Of a stretch of 64,000 nt of DNA, positions 10,336 to 21,917 are shown piece after piece. Source of the DNA: Opitutales bacterium (lineage in GTDB: Bacteria > Verrucomicrobiota > Verrucomicrobiia > Opitutales > JABSRG01); contig JBMYOQ010000009.1 of NCBI GenBank assembly GCA_049599475.1, positions 39,829 through 103,828 on the forward strand, in the 5' to 3' direction. The notes under the pieces are model-generated. The model ran no database searches and was not told the DNA's origin. It saw nothing but the letters and a program-made list of their open reading frames with translations. The stretch's first letter is position 1. Each line of letters starts with the position of its first letter. The translations under genes and the position numbers were made by a program.

Positions 10336-11523
10336 CTAGGCCTCGACCGGCTCCCCGCTTGTTTCTTCAGACCTCATCACGGTGCGATCGAAAGCACGCA
10401 GAGCCATCAAGATGCATTGGTCCATATTGAGGTATTTGTAGATCGCAAGGCGGCCTACAAAATGGACATTCTCCTCGGCATCCGCGAGGGCCTTGTATTT
10501 GCGGTAAATTTCCTTCGATTCGTCGTTGGGCACCGGATAATAGGCCTCTTCTCCACGAACGTAGTCGGCAGGATACTCTTTGACGATGGTCGAATTTGTG
10601 CAGGCCTGCCCAGTTGCGTGCTTCACTTCCACAATACGGGTGTAGTCGTGATCGTTCGGGTAATTCACCTGCATCTCTGGCTGGTAGAATCCTGGTTTCC
10701 CGCTAATGGCCTCACGTTCCTTGAGCTGCTCTGCATCAAAATGCTCATGCTCAAAAGTCAAAGAGCGATAGGGCAGATCGCCGTAGCAGAAGTCAAAGTA
10801 GGCATCGACCGGGCCCGTGTAGAACATTTGGTCGTATTCAATCGTATCAATGACTTCGCGGTAGTCCGTGTTGAGCATGATCTTGAGCTTGTCCCCGCAG
10901 GACTTCACCAAATTCTTAAAGAGCACGTTGTAACCAGCTTTCGGCAGAGCCTGGAACTCTTCGCGTAGATAGCGACCGTCGCGGTTGGTACGAATTGGGA
11001 TACGGCCACAGACCGATGCATCGAGCTCCTTCGGGTGGCGCTTCCACTGCTTGAGTGTATACCCCTTAAAGAAAAGTTCGTAGAGCTCCCAGCCCACCTG
11101 GGAAATGATGACTTCCTCGGAGTTGGTCGGGTTCTCGATAGGCACCTTATTCTCTTCCAGCCATTGCTCGAATTCTTCGGTGGTACTCTCGCGACCAAGG
11201 TACTGCTCAAAAGTCTCTAGATTGACCGGGAACTTCCAATACTTGTCGCGGGTATGGCTACGGACTTTGTATTCGACCGGACGCCATTCAGTGAACTGCG
11301 ACAAATAATCCTTCACCTCCTGAGAATTGGTGCGGAAGTAATGAGGCCCATATTTGTGGATCAAAACACCGTGCTCATCATACTCGTCCATAGAGTTTCC
11401 GCCGATGTGATCGCGTTTTTCGACGACGAGGCATGTCTTGCCCGTCACATTTATAATACGTTCAGCGAGGACCAGGCCGGAAAAGCCAGCGCCCACAATC
11501 AAGAAATCGAATTTCGGAAACAC
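10336..11523 (-). CDS. glf: UDP-galactopyranose mutase
   Basis: GAGFSG FAD motif, HIGGN, HKYGPHYF, EAYYP, GRLAIYKYLNMDQ. Confidence 0.97.
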   Translation of the reverse strand: MFPKFDFLIVGAGFSGLVLAERIINVTGKTCLVVEKRDHIGGNSMDEYDEHGVLIHKYGPHYFRTNSQEVKDYLSQFTEWRPVEYKVRSHTRDKYWKFPVNLETFEQYLGRESTTEEFEQWLEENKVPIENPTNSEEVIISQVGWELYELFFKGYTLKQWKRHPKELDASVCGRIPIRTNRDGRYLREEFQALPKAGYNVLFKNLVKSCGDKLKIMLNTDYREVIDTIEYDQMFYTGPVDAYFDFCYGDLPYRSLTFEHEHFDAEQLKEREAISGKPGFYQPEMQVNYPNDHDYTRIVEVKHATGQACTNSTIVKEYPADYVRGEEAYYPVPNDESKEIYRKYKALADAEENVHFVGRLAIYKYLNMDQCILMALRAFDRTVMRSEETSGEPVEA

Positions 11524-11706
11524 AGTAGTTAGAGATGAGTTAATCGTTGATAATCAGAGCCTAAGAGAAAACTCAGCTGACGGTTCAAACGCACAGGTCC
11601 TTCGTGAACAACGAAAATTTCGTCTCCAAAGCGATTTTAACCTGATTGCCTTATTGATCATCTGACTCTCCCAGCCAGACGAACAGGCAAGAATGGTGCC
11701 ATCTTC

Positions 11707-13161
11707 CTAGCGAGCTCCTCGCGCCGTAAGGACTACACGCACGGTGCGGAACAAGATCACAATATCCAACCAGAGCGACCAATTTCTCACGTAGTAAGGA
11801 TCCCAGCGGACCATGCCTTCGTTGCCCGCATCGCTACGGCCTGAAACCTGCCATAGACCTGTGATCCCTGGTTTGACCCGCTCGCGGAGCATGCGCACGC
11901 TGTCTGGAAGTTGATTGTAATGATAATCAGGAAGCGGGCGTGGGCCGATCAGCGACATTTCACCCTTCAAAATGTTTACCAGCTGCGGAATCTCATCGAG
12001 CGATGTTTTACGCAAAAATTTGCCCATCCGCGTGATGCGAGGATCGTTCACCAATTTGCAGTTTGCTTCCCATTCAGCCTTTAGCTCGGGATCTGCCTCC
12101 AGGTGTTGCTCCAAAACCTTGTCTGCATCGGGCACCATGGTCCGGAATTTCCAAGTGTCGAAGACTTCGCCGCGCTGTCCAATGCGCTTTTGCTTGTAGA
12201 TCGGGTTCTTGCGGTCGTCGAGCCAGATAAGGGCATACAAAGCCGCAAATAATGAGCCCCAGAAAGGCAGTGTGAGCATCGCGACACCGGCCTCGAAACA
12301 GCTCTTCACAACGCGCAAGGTGGGATCCAGAAGATTGTTCTTCAGCTCCAAACCGGGGACACCGCACATATCGCGCGAAGTGGCCCAAAGGGAGGGACTG
12401 TGAATCAGATTAGGAATGAGGATGACACGAAGATAGCTAGACAGCGAGTGCTGCATCATCTCTCCGATTTTCTCTCCTTCAATGCGAGTAATCGCCAGGA
12501 TGGCTATCGGGACATTCTTTGCGATCGAGTCGGTAAATCCACAAACAGGCACTCCTTCCACACTCGTATTCGCCAATTCAGGGTTATCGTCGAATACACA
12601 AACGGGATGATACCCCTTACCTGGATCGGCTCTGAAACGCTTGATAATCTCACGCCCTGCAGAACCTCCACCGTAGATAGCGACGGGAGTCCCCCATGTC
12701 TTGCGATGAACCAAAACGTTTTTTGCCAGAATACGAAAAGCTGGGATCAGCGGCATGGCTGCTATACAGCAGACAGCTCCTGCGATACGGCCGCCGGTAT
12801 CAAAATCTAGGAGCGTGATGACCAGAAAAGTACCGATACAAAGCAGCACCTGACGACGGAGGGCTTCAAAAGCGGATAAGCCCCAACCAGGTAACAGGCC
12901 CCAGGCTATCGATCCAATTCCCCAGATCGCTGCACTCAGGTAAAACCAGGATAAATCAAGGGAATGACCCAATGCCCATTTCAAAGATAAAGCCGCCGCT
13001 TCATAAGCGACGAACAAGCCCAGAATTTCCGCGAACAGCAGAACAGAGGCGTTAAGAATGAGGCGTTTAAAGAGCTTGAGCCCCAAATTCAGCTTCATCC
13101 GGAAGTGCCATTGCTTCGGACTGGCTTCAATGGGAGTGTCTAAACTAAGTGCGGTAGACAT
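11707..13161 (-). CDS. wbaP: Undecaprenyl-phosphate sugar-1-phosphate transferase (WbaP/WcaJ family)
   Basis: KFRTM, DPRITRMGKFLRKTSLDEIPQL, GEMSLIGPRP, KPGITGLWQVSGRS, YVRNWSLWLD. Confidence 0.93.
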   Translation of the reverse strand: MSTALSLDTPIEASPKQWHFRMKLNLGLKLFKRLILNASVLLFAEILGLFVAYEAAALSLKWALGHSLDLSWFYLSAAIWGIGSIAWGLLPGWGLSAFEALRRQVLLCIGTFLVITLLDFDTGGRIAGAVCCIAAMPLIPAFRILAKNVLVHRKTWGTPVAIYGGGSAGREIIKRFRADPGKGYHPVCVFDDNPELANTSVEGVPVCGFTDSIAKNVPIAILAITRIEGEKIGEMMQHSLSSYLRVILIPNLIHSPSLWATSRDMCGVPGLELKNNLLDPTLRVVKSCFEAGVAMLTLPFWGSLFAALYALIWLDDRKNPIYKQKRIGQRGEVFDTWKFRTMVPDADKVLEQHLEADPELKAEWEANCKLVNDPRITRMGKFLRKTSLDEIPQLVNILKGEMSLIGPRPLPDYHYNQLPDSVRMLRERVKPGITGLWQVSGRSDAGNEGMVRWDPYYVRNWSLWLDIVILFRTVRVVLTARGAR

Positions 13162-13200
13162 CGTGAGAGAGTAGAGGTGAGCTAGAGGTGTTTTGTTTTT

Positions 13201-14133
13201 CTACGGAGCCACAGGTTCAATACCTACGGGCGGAACCAAGTCTCCATCGAATTTACGAGTATGGACGGGGGGTGACTTGGAGATTTTCCAAATATTCCTC
13301 ATTTGGAATCGGAGAATCGATTTTAGGTGTTTTTTGAGACCTGGGTGGAACACGGTGTCTTCGCGTTCGTAAAAGTGCGTCATTGTCGCTTCAGGCTGAT
13401 ACCAGTTCTCATAACCAGCGGCCTTCACGCGGTAGCAAAGATCGTAGTCCTCGTATTGGTAGAAATAACCTTCATCAAAGCCCCCAATCTGCTTGAGAAC
13501 AGAGTTGCGGATGATCAAACCCGCTCCATAGCAACAATCGAATTCCATCAATTTGTCGTGACCGCAATTGCGCATCTGAATCTTCGCAGGAATACCTGTC
13601 CACTCGAAGATCGAGCGCAATTTAGTGCCCTCGATCGCGATGTGGAAAATGGATGGGAACGGCCGGATACTGAGCTGCAAAGATTGGTCTCTGTAGAGCA
13701 ATTTTGGATGAACGATGCCTGCCTTAGGGTTCGCTTCAGCGACATCTACAAGCGTATCCACTGTGTTTGGATGCAGGAGTGTATCCGAATCCAATATCAT
13801 CGTGTACTTTGCTTTGGTATTCCAAAAGAGGCGATTTCGTCCACCCGCAACACCTAGATTGGCACCGTTTTCGAGAATCTTCACATAAGGATACTTCTCT
13901 TGGACCATCTCACGCGTCCCATCCACGGATCCGTTATCCGAGAGCAAGACCTCATATTTGTAGCGCTGCGGCGAGGCCTCCAAAGAGGCTAATAAATCAT
14001 CGATGCGCTGCTTGTCGCGATAGCACAGCAGGCCAATGCACACATCATACTCGTATTCGGTGCCATCAGCATCCGGAGACGTGCGTTGTGTGTACACTTC
14101 AGGAGAATACGTACGAGAGTCGGTGGCGTTCAT
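13201..14133 (-). CDS. Glycosyltransferase family 2
   Basis: DNGSVDGT, NLGVAGGRN, LDSD, GGFDEGYFYQYEDYDLC; ATG at 14133 preferred over GTG at 14163. Confidence 0.92.
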   Translation of the reverse strand: MNATDSRTYSPEVYTQRTSPDADGTEYEYDVCIGLLCYRDKQRIDDLLASLEASPQRYKYEVLLSDNGSVDGTREMVQEKYPYVKILENGANLGVAGGRNRLFWNTKAKYTMILDSDTLLHPNTVDTLVDVAEANPKAGIVHPKLLYRDQSLQLSIRPFPSIFHIAIEGTKLRSIFEWTGIPAKIQMRNCGHDKLMEFDCCYGAGLIIRNSVLKQIGGFDEGYFYQYEDYDLCYRVKAAGYENWYQPEATMTHFYEREDTVFHPGLKKHLKSILRFQMRNIWKISKSPPVHTRKFDGDLVPPVGIEPVAP

Positions 14134-14431
14134 AGCGTCAGTCGGTGGCCACTGAGAGAGCACAGCAGTAGCACTTGTTGGATGCCAGTATAGCGGGCTG
14201 GTATCAATGTTATTTGTCTTCTGGGATACATTTATGTGAATTCTCAGGAGTTCGCCTTAAACTTGGAATGTTAGCCCATCAGCATCATTGGAGCCATTTT
14301 CGGTGAACAATGGGTGCAGACCGAAATCAGCAGGGATGCTTAATGAAAGTGTACAACGAATTAGTTATCATTCCTGATTTTAGAGATGTCTTCTCCTTAC
14401 TTCGCTTGCTTTTGCACAACTTAGAGATTGG

Positions 14432-15472
14432 ATGCTGTCCATGCATGCCCACCGAAAACTAGGATTACTCTCCATAATTTTATCACTCGGCCTCCTGTTC
14501 ACAGGCTGCGAAACACACTCAACGCGTTCGAGTCTGTCATCAGGACTCAGCCCGACGTATCTCGTAGACAATACTCAGCCGCTTACTGCTGTAGTAGCCG
14601 CCTATCGCCCTGAGATCGAAGCCTTGATTCAGGAAATCGAACGCATGCCAGAAGGCGAAATCTACCGCGTGATCAAGCACAAGGGCGTAACCTACTACCT
14701 AGGAAATGTTTACGGCGAACCGATCGTTCTCTTCGTGACTGGCATGAGTATCGCCAATGCCGCGATGACGACTCAGATGGCTCTTGATTATTTCCCGGTG
14801 GAACGCGTGCTGTATGCGGGCATCGCGGGAGCTGTAAATCCAGAGTTGAACACTGGAGACGTGGTAGTCCCAGCTCGTTGGTACTACCACGATGAACATG
14901 TATATTTTAATCCAAAGCCAGACGCTCCCGATGAGTATATTCTCGCGGATTACTACGCGAACAACTCCCCCTTCTTCAAGAAACTCTACGAGCAGGACCC
15001 GCACGCTCCGCGTTACACGAACTTTGGTCTGATCCACCCTGATGAAGTATCCATCATCATGGACGGTTGGGAACGTCCACGCCGCACTGCCTACTTTTCA
15101 GCAACACCCGAACTGCTCGAGCTCGCCGAGGCGGCCCTCGTCGATCTTCCGGAATTGAAGGTCAACGAGGAACGCTCTGCAAAACTCATGGTTGGCGGAA
15201 ATGGAGTGACCGGCAGTGTATTTTTAGACAACGCCGAATACCGCAAATGGACCCGCTCGGTTTTCAACGCAGAGGTCACCGAAATGGAATCTGCAGCGGT
15301 GGGCCAAGTCTGCATGATCAACGAGGTCCCGTGGGTCATTATCCGCGGCGTCAGCGATTTGGCCGGAGGTCAAAAGGGTAAGAACGAAGAGAACATCTAC
15401 GATGGCCTCGCCTCCGAGCACGCTGCTAAATTGTTATTCGCTCTGCTTAAAGAGATTTCAGAATCCGAATGA
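14432..15472 (+). CDS. MTA/SAH nucleosidase (PNP_UDP_1) family protein with lipoprotein signal
   Basis: TGMSIANAA, GIAGAVN..L..GDVVV, TEMESAAVGQVC, IRGVSDLAG; lipobox LLFTGC. Confidence 0.85.
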   Translation: MLSMHAHRKLGLLSIILSLGLLFTGCETHSTRSSLSSGLSPTYLVDNTQPLTAVVAAYRPEIEALIQEIERMPEGEIYRVIKHKGVTYYLGNVYGEPIVLFVTGMSIANAAMTTQMALDYFPVERVLYAGIAGAVNPELNTGDVVVPARWYYHDEHVYFNPKPDAPDEYILADYYANNSPFFKKLYEQDPHAPRYTNFGLIHPDEVSIIMDGWERPRRTAYFSATPELLELAEAALVDLPELKVNEERSAKLMVGGNGVTGSVFLDNAEYRKWTRSVFNAEVTEMESAAVGQVCMINEVPWVIIRGVSDLAGGQKGKNEENIYDGLASEHAAKLLFALLKEISESE

Positions 15473-16134
15473 GTCGCTGGGAAAGAGGATTATTTTTCAT
15501 ACTGATAACTCTCGGTTTTACTGCCGCACAGGCCGAGGAGCGCCTTGACATCTACACCCCGTCAGGGTTCGCCCAGTGGTTAGCTACGCACATAGGCCAG
15601 GAGCATGTTAGAATTCATCATTCGCCAGATTCGGCGGCTAAATTCGATCTCGCAGTTTACACCTCCTCACACAGCGACCTTGAAAAACCTTCGGCAAAAA
15701 TTGAGATCATTCTGAGCGATGGCCTCCCCAAGCTGGAAGCTCCGGAAAGTTTGTTCGATCCCTCGAGCCCTCAATCGTACGACGCCTGGCTCTACCTCCA
15801 GCATACCCTATTTATGGCGGTGAGCTTCAGCGATGTTTTGACTGAATTGATGCCGGATCAGGAGACATTTTACGCAGAGAATGTAGCTCAATTTAGTAAG
15901 ACAATCCGTCTCGCCGATTTTCAATTAAAACGGCGATTTCGAGATCTCGAATCCCCCATCGAACTTACCGAGGTCTATGCAAAGGCGCTTTTTCCGTATC
16001 TGAAATACTACGGAATTGAATACACAATATCCTCTAAGAGTGATCTCCAGATAAACGATATTGCTCCACAAAAGGGCGATGCGCCAGCAAGCCCCTTCCA
16101 GCGCATCGCGGATCAATTATTAAAGAGCGAATAG
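15469..16134 (+). CDS. Exported protein resembling a degenerate ZnuA/TroA-type solute-binding protein
   Basis: Signal peptide; segment DAWL...DVLTELMPDQETFYAENVAQF...PYLKYYGI resembles cluster A-I metal-binding proteins. Confidence 0.45.
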   Translation: MSRWERGLFFILITLGFTAAQAEERLDIYTPSGFAQWLATHIGQEHVRIHHSPDSAAKFDLAVYTSSHSDLEKPSAKIEIILSDGLPKLEAPESLFDPSSPQSYDAWLYLQHTLFMAVSFSDVLTELMPDQETFYAENVAQFSKTIRLADFQLKRRFRDLESPIELTEVYAKALFPYLKYYGIEYTISSKSDLQINDIAPQKGDAPASPFQRIADQLLKSE

Positions 16135-16829
16135 GTCGCGGCTTTACCCATTGGATCGCCCAGGAAAATCAGTCGCTCCTTAAGGTCTTTGATACCGCTC
16201 TGAATAGAGTCGAATTGCCGAGCTAAAACCGCGAAAACACCGTCTAAATCAAAGGTCTTGGCCAATGCGTGCTGACTCACTCGATCGAATTGAGCTCGAC
16301 CTATATCAGCATACACAGCTGGGCTCAGAGCCGCACGCCTCTCCACCCGATGCAGGAGGTGATCCTCAAATAGCCCGGTGACGACTAAGCTCATATTCGC
16401 CACCCGAACACGGATGAAGAAGCGCTCACTCTTGCTGGCACGATCAATATGAGCAAAGGCATCAGAGACATAAAAATACGCGGAATTTCGATCGAAGCCT
16501 CGCGCACTACGCCGCGGAGCACGCATGTGTTCTGAAAGAACACCGGCCACGTAGTCAGCAACCTCACAATCATCAACTTCCGCGTCTTTTAACACTTTGC
16601 GGACGAGAATATAAAAGTAGAAGTGCGAAGAGATTTCGACCAATTCGTTATCTTCGAGAACAGCCTTGAAAAGCGCTGGATGGTCCAAGATTTGGTCTCG
16701 TTCATCCGCATCACTCAACAACTGTTCTAGCGCGGAGCTTTCGGAGGCATCCAAGCTCAAAACGCGATCAATAAATCGGAGATCACACTCCGGGAGCCTA
16801 GATCGGCATTTAGGAATCAGCTTACTCAT
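16113..16829 (-). CDS. Conserved hypothetical protein
   Basis: ORF of about 240 aa with ordinary composition (ISSHFYFYILVRKVL...VADYVA); start uncertain. Confidence 0.7.
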   Translation of the reverse strand: MSKLIPKCRSRLPECDLRFIDRVLSLDASESSALEQLLSDADERDQILDHPALFKAVLEDNELVEISSHFYFYILVRKVLKDAEVDDCEVADYVAGVLSEHMRAPRRSARGFDRNSAYFYVSDAFAHIDRASKSERFFIRVRVANMSLVVTGLFEDHLLHRVERRAALSPAVYADIGRAQFDRVSQHALAKTFDLDGVFAVLARQFDSIQSGIKDLKERLIFLGDPMGKAATYSLFNN

Positions 16830-16993
16830 CCTAAGCCAGATACATAGCATTAGATATGCCATCAGGCCGCAGAGCAGTAATAGAGGGAAACTGGGATTTT
16901 GAGTACTTTACTGCGGAAAGAAATGCTATTAAATTTTCTAATATGACTGCATAAATGCTCCACCACCTCCACGGATCGGCGATCTACGTTTTC

Positions 16994-17539
16994 ATGTTTT
17001 CAACGAAAAGAAATAGCCCCTTTGCCACCTACATGTTCGCTGGCTGGGCTCTGGCCGCTGTGCTTTCCACCGGCCTACTCATGGAAAAGCACCTAACTGC
17101 CATCGAACCAAGAGCATCCCTAACAGCCCCGAAAATCGACGCATCTGAAGAGGCCACTTGGACAATTACGCATATATTAAGCGCGGGATGCCCGTGTTCA
17201 GATCGAACCCTTGAGGGTATCGTAAAACATCCATCTCAGCCAGCCACCACAGAGCAATTTTTCATCTCTGGGGAGTCCAAGGACTGGGAGGCCCGTTTCG
17301 CGCAAACCGGAAGGATGCTTACCGCTCTCAGCCCTGAGGAACTTGAGGCCAAATTTCAGATAAGCGGCGGCCCTTACCTCATTATCCAAGATCCCCAAGG
17401 ATCTATCCGCTATCGGGGCGGCTACGGAGCACGCCCCTATCTTCGCCCTGATGAGATCAAAGATCGCGAACTCATCGCCCAGCTTCAAGCGGGCAAATCA
17501 CCCACGCTTTACCCTGCAATTGGATGCCAATTTGACTAA
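16994..17539 (+). CDS. Membrane-anchored thioredoxin-fold-like protein with CxC motif
   Basis: N-terminal TM, HILSAGCPCS, GGPYLIIQDPQGSIRYRGGY, C-terminal PAIGC; start may be 16955. Confidence 0.7.
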   Translation: MFSTKRNSPFATYMFAGWALAAVLSTGLLMEKHLTAIEPRASLTAPKIDASEEATWTITHILSAGCPCSDRTLEGIVKHPSQPATTEQFFISGESKDWEARFAQTGRMLTALSPEELEAKFQISGGPYLIIQDPQGSIRYRGGYGARPYLRPDEIKDRELIAQLQAGKSPTLYPAIGCQFD

Positions 17540-17545
17540 ACCACC

Positions 17546-18850
17546 ATGTCCGAATCTGCCACAAATATTACCGCCGATGAAACGTACGAGGCGCGTTTCG
17601 ACCGCAAAACAAGCCGAGGGCTAATTATCGCATTCTGGGCCCACATCCCAGTAATGTTACTGACTGCATTTTTCCTCAAAACTTCCTTTAAGGAAGCCGT
17701 CGCCTACGGAGCCCTCATCGCAGCTGGTCCTACCCTGCTATATTTAATGCGCTCTCGCTCTCTGATGATGCAGATCGCTATAGGAATTGCGTCGGCGTGT
17801 ATGAGCGGGCTATTGATCCATCTCGGGCGCGGAATGATCGAAATGCACTTTCATGTATTTCTGATGATCGGGGTCCTCATTTTGACCGCATCTCCCTGGG
17901 CCGTTTTGGCTCATACATTGGTCGTCGCGATTCACCACGTGGCCTTCTTCATCTGGCTACCTGAAAGCGTTTTCAACTACCAAGCCACCTGGGGCATCGT
18001 ATTCCTGCACGCGACCTTCGCCCTCGCCCAAACCTTTCCATGCATGTGGATAGCTCACCTCTTTCGAGGCGCTATTCACACTCAAAGCACACTACAAGGT
18101 GAAGTTCACGGACTCCTCGAACACACTTCCGATAGAACGCGTTCCCTGCGAACGATGGTCAGGGGTGTCACCGAAGGGACACAACAGAACGCATCCGCAA
18201 TCAGCGAATCCAATTCCATCCTCAGCGAAATCGCAACAAGATCGGATGCAAATGCGGAAGCCGCCAATCTCAGCAACCAGACCTCAGGAAAAGTAGACGC
18301 CTCCGTGAAGGCAATGATCGAGGACGTTCACCATCTCAATGCGTCCATGGAGGACATTCAAGAGGCCAGCGCAAACGTCGGCAAAATTGTGAAATCGATC
18401 GAAGAGATCGCATTTCAAACAAATCTCTTGGCCCTCAATGCCGCCGTGGAGGCCGCGCGAGCCGGAGAAGCGGGTGCAGGCTTCTCAGTGGTCGCCGAGG
18501 AGGTCAGAAGCCTCGCACAGCGATCCAGCCAATCGGTAGCAGAAACGACCAACCTTATTGAGCAAGTCCGCAGCTCCATCGGAGAAAGTGAAACAATCAA
18601 TCGGCGTGTAACTGATCGAATAAGCGAGCTCGAATCATGCTCGGAGCAATCACGTGAGCAATTCAGCAGTGTCGCCCAAAGCTGCACTGAGCAATCCGCT
18701 GCAATTCTCGAAATAAAGCGTGCGATTGAGTCCATAGAAAGCGTTTCAAGCACAACAGCCAACAACTCTGATTCCGCCTCCAGCGATATCGCCGAGCTAG
18801 ACGAACGCATGCAACAAATGCATGACCTGCTTAACAAAATAAAGCGATAG
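17546..18850 (+). CDS. Methyl-accepting chemotaxis protein with multi-TM His-rich sensor
   Basis: [41 protein letters not shown]-terminal about 6 TM with EMHFHVF. Confidence 0.92.
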   Translation: MSESATNITADETYEARFDRKTSRGLIIAFWAHIPVMLLTAFFLKTSFKEAVAYGALIAAGPTLLYLMRSRSLMMQIAIGIASACMSGLLIHLGRGMIEMHFHVFLMIGVLILTASPWAVLAHTLVVAIHHVAFFIWLPESVFNYQATWGIVFLHATFALAQTFPCMWIAHLFRGAIHTQSTLQGEVHGLLEHTSDRTRSLRTMVRGVTEGTQQNASAISESNSILSEIATRSDANAEAANLSNQTSGKVDASVKAMIEDVHHLNASMEDIQEASANVGKIVKSIEEIAFQTNLLALNAAVEAARAGEAGAGFSVVAEEVRSLAQRSSQSVAETTNLIEQVRSSIGESETINRRVTDRISELESCSEQSREQFSSVAQSCTEQSAAILEIKRAIESIESVSSTTANNSDSASSDIAELDERMQQMHDLLNKIKR

Positions 18851-18884
18851 CAAGCCCCCTCCTACCTCTCTCTTTTTCATATAT

Positions 18885-18917
18885 TCAACAATAAATACTC
18901 TGCGTATTTATTGTTGA
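18885..18917. repeat. AT-rich REP-like palindrome (copy 1)
   Basis: TCAACAATAAATAC-TCTGC-GTATTTATTGTTGA: 14-bp perfect stem, 5-nt loop; related copy at 27772-27801. Confidence 0.75.
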
Positions 18918-18945
18918 CCGATGTCCGAATCCAACTGTCAGACAC

Positions 18946-18976
18946 AAAAAAGGCACCCCTGAATAGGGATGCCTTT
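18946..18976 (-). terminator. Rho-independent terminator of gnd
   Basis: Minus strand AAAGGCATCCCT-ATTC-AGGGGTGCCTTTTTT just after the gnd stop. Confidence 0.85.
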
Positions 18977-19000
18977 CGAAAGAAATTATCGATCTCGCGA

Positions 19001-20506
<1,506 letters not shown>

Positions 20507-20555
20507 AAGAGTCGAGACACTGGTGAACGCTCGGGGGCATTTAAAGCAAAAAGAG

Positions 20556-20574
20556 AGTGGAATCCCGTTCCACT
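20556..20574. promoter_or_regulatory. Palindromic putative operator upstream of gnd
   Basis: AGTGGAA-TCCCG-TTCCACT, 50 bp upstream of the gnd ATG. Confidence 0.45.
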
Positions 20575-20703
20575 GTTGAATTTCAATACTATCTAAGGCC
20601 CTCCACTAGCCATCTCAGGCAAAATCCAGAGGACCTTCATCATTTCGAGAAGAAGGATTCATGTCCAATTTGGCGATTCCAGCCTTAGGGAGACAGGAAA
20701 ATC

Positions 20704-21138
20704 TTATTCAACCACCTTGTGGCAATTGATCCACTCGGTGGCTCCGGAAGCATAGTGTTCCTTTTTCCAAATCGGGACACGGTCCTTTACAGAGTCGACA
20801 ATATATCGACAGGCTTCAAACGCAGCCGCTCGGTGCTGACTGGCAACGCCTACATAGATCGCGCAGTCACCGATTGCTAGGTGACCCACTCGATGTTCTG
20901 CGACTGCGCAGATAATGTCCCATTTCTCGCGTGCCTCCTCCAAAATACGTTCACCCTCTTTTTCGGCAAGCTCCTGATAGGCCTCGTACTCCAAGCTGTG
21001 AACCGATTGACCTTCGTTGAGATCCCGAACCCAGCCTTCAAACGCGGTGTATGCGCCAGCTCGATCCGCCAGGCACTGATCCCGGAGTTTCTCAATCTGA
21101 ATTGTCTCTGCCTGAATGCGGAACATAGGATCAGCCAC
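20704..21138 (-). CDS. moaE: Molybdopterin synthase catalytic subunit
   Basis: FEGWVR, LEYEAY, HRVGHL.IGD, HR.AAFEAC, VPIWKKE. Confidence 0.96.
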   Translation of the reverse strand: MADPMFRIQAETIQIEKLRDQCLADRAGAYTAFEGWVRDLNEGQSVHSLEYEAYQELAEKEGERILEEAREKWDIICAVAEHRVGHLAIGDCAIYVGVASQHRAAAFEACRYIVDSVKDRVPIWKKEHYASGATEWINCHKVVE

Positions 21139-21370
21139 CTGCTACGGGGGGGATAAACACCAAGACGTCGCCGTCTTTCAACTCAGTTTCTGAAGAGACA
21201 AAAGTGTCATTCACCGCGATCCGCAGCTGGTTCGGGTTGAGGCTAAAACCGTGTTCCTCTTTGAGGTGTTTATACAATTCGCCTGCGGTTGGTAGCTCTG
21301 TGTACAATGTTTCTTCACTCAGACCGCGCTGTTCGCGCAATATTGCAAAATATTTGAGAGTCACCTGCAT
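21131..21370 (-). CDS. moaD: Molybdopterin synthase sulfur carrier
   Basis: MQVTLKYFA.LRE...IAVND...FIPPVAGG (C-terminal GG); ATG at 21370. Confidence 0.95.
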   Translation of the reverse strand: MQVTLKYFAILREQRGLSEETLYTELPTAGELYKHLKEEHGFSLNPNQLRIAVNDTFVSSETELKDGDVLVFIPPVAGG

Positions 21371-21416
21371 GACACTCAAGAGACAGACGATTTCGGTAAA
21401 AGCAAGCGCCGGATGA

Positions 21417-21914
21417 TCACCCACCAGCAATCTTCAAGATCAACGGGACCAATTGGTGGGCTCGCTTGTGCCAGGTTTTCAGTTTTGCGACCTTCTCCTT
21501 CATTTCCTTCGGGTTTTCGAGGCTGTCAAGGTCGTCATCCAATAGCTCTTTGATCTGACCCAAGCGCTCCTCGCCACTCTCCAGGTGCGGATTGATCTGG
21601 TCGCGCAGGAATCCGGAAGCCATGCGCTTCAAATGCAATTCGGCTTCGTAATAGTCCCGCCGATCCCCCGGTACGAAAACCGTTTTCACAGCACCAAACT
21701 GACGCAGTGCCCTGAGTCCCTGGCTTGCAGATCCTTTTGAAATCCCCAATTCCTCGACAACTTCGCTCAGCTGAAGTGGCTTTTCCGAGGAGTACAAAAG
21801 TCCATAGATTTCACCATAAGATCGCGGCATTCCAAGGAGGTCTGCTGCTCTTACAAAGAAATCAATGATGGCTTGGCGCCAAGGAGCTAATGCTTTGGGA
21901 CTCGATTGACTCAT
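21417..21914 (-). CDS. GbsR/MarR-family transcriptional regulator
   Basis: GMPRSYGEIYGLLY...LGISKGSASQGLRAL...PGDRRDYYEAE; ATG at 21914. Confidence 0.9.
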   Translation of the reverse strand: MSQSSPKALAPWRQAIIDFFVRAADLLGMPRSYGEIYGLLYSSEKPLQLSEVVEELGISKGSASQGLRALRQFGAVKTVFVPGDRRDYYEAELHLKRMASGFLRDQINPHLESGEERLGQIKELLDDDLDSLENPKEMKEKVAKLKTWHKRAHQLVPLILKIAGG

Positions 21915-21917
21915 GTT

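Noticed and set aside
14164..14431. ops/JUMPstart element upstream of the EPS operon
   Set aside because: No GGCGGTAG on the operon strand; only a weak hairpin near 14181-14206.
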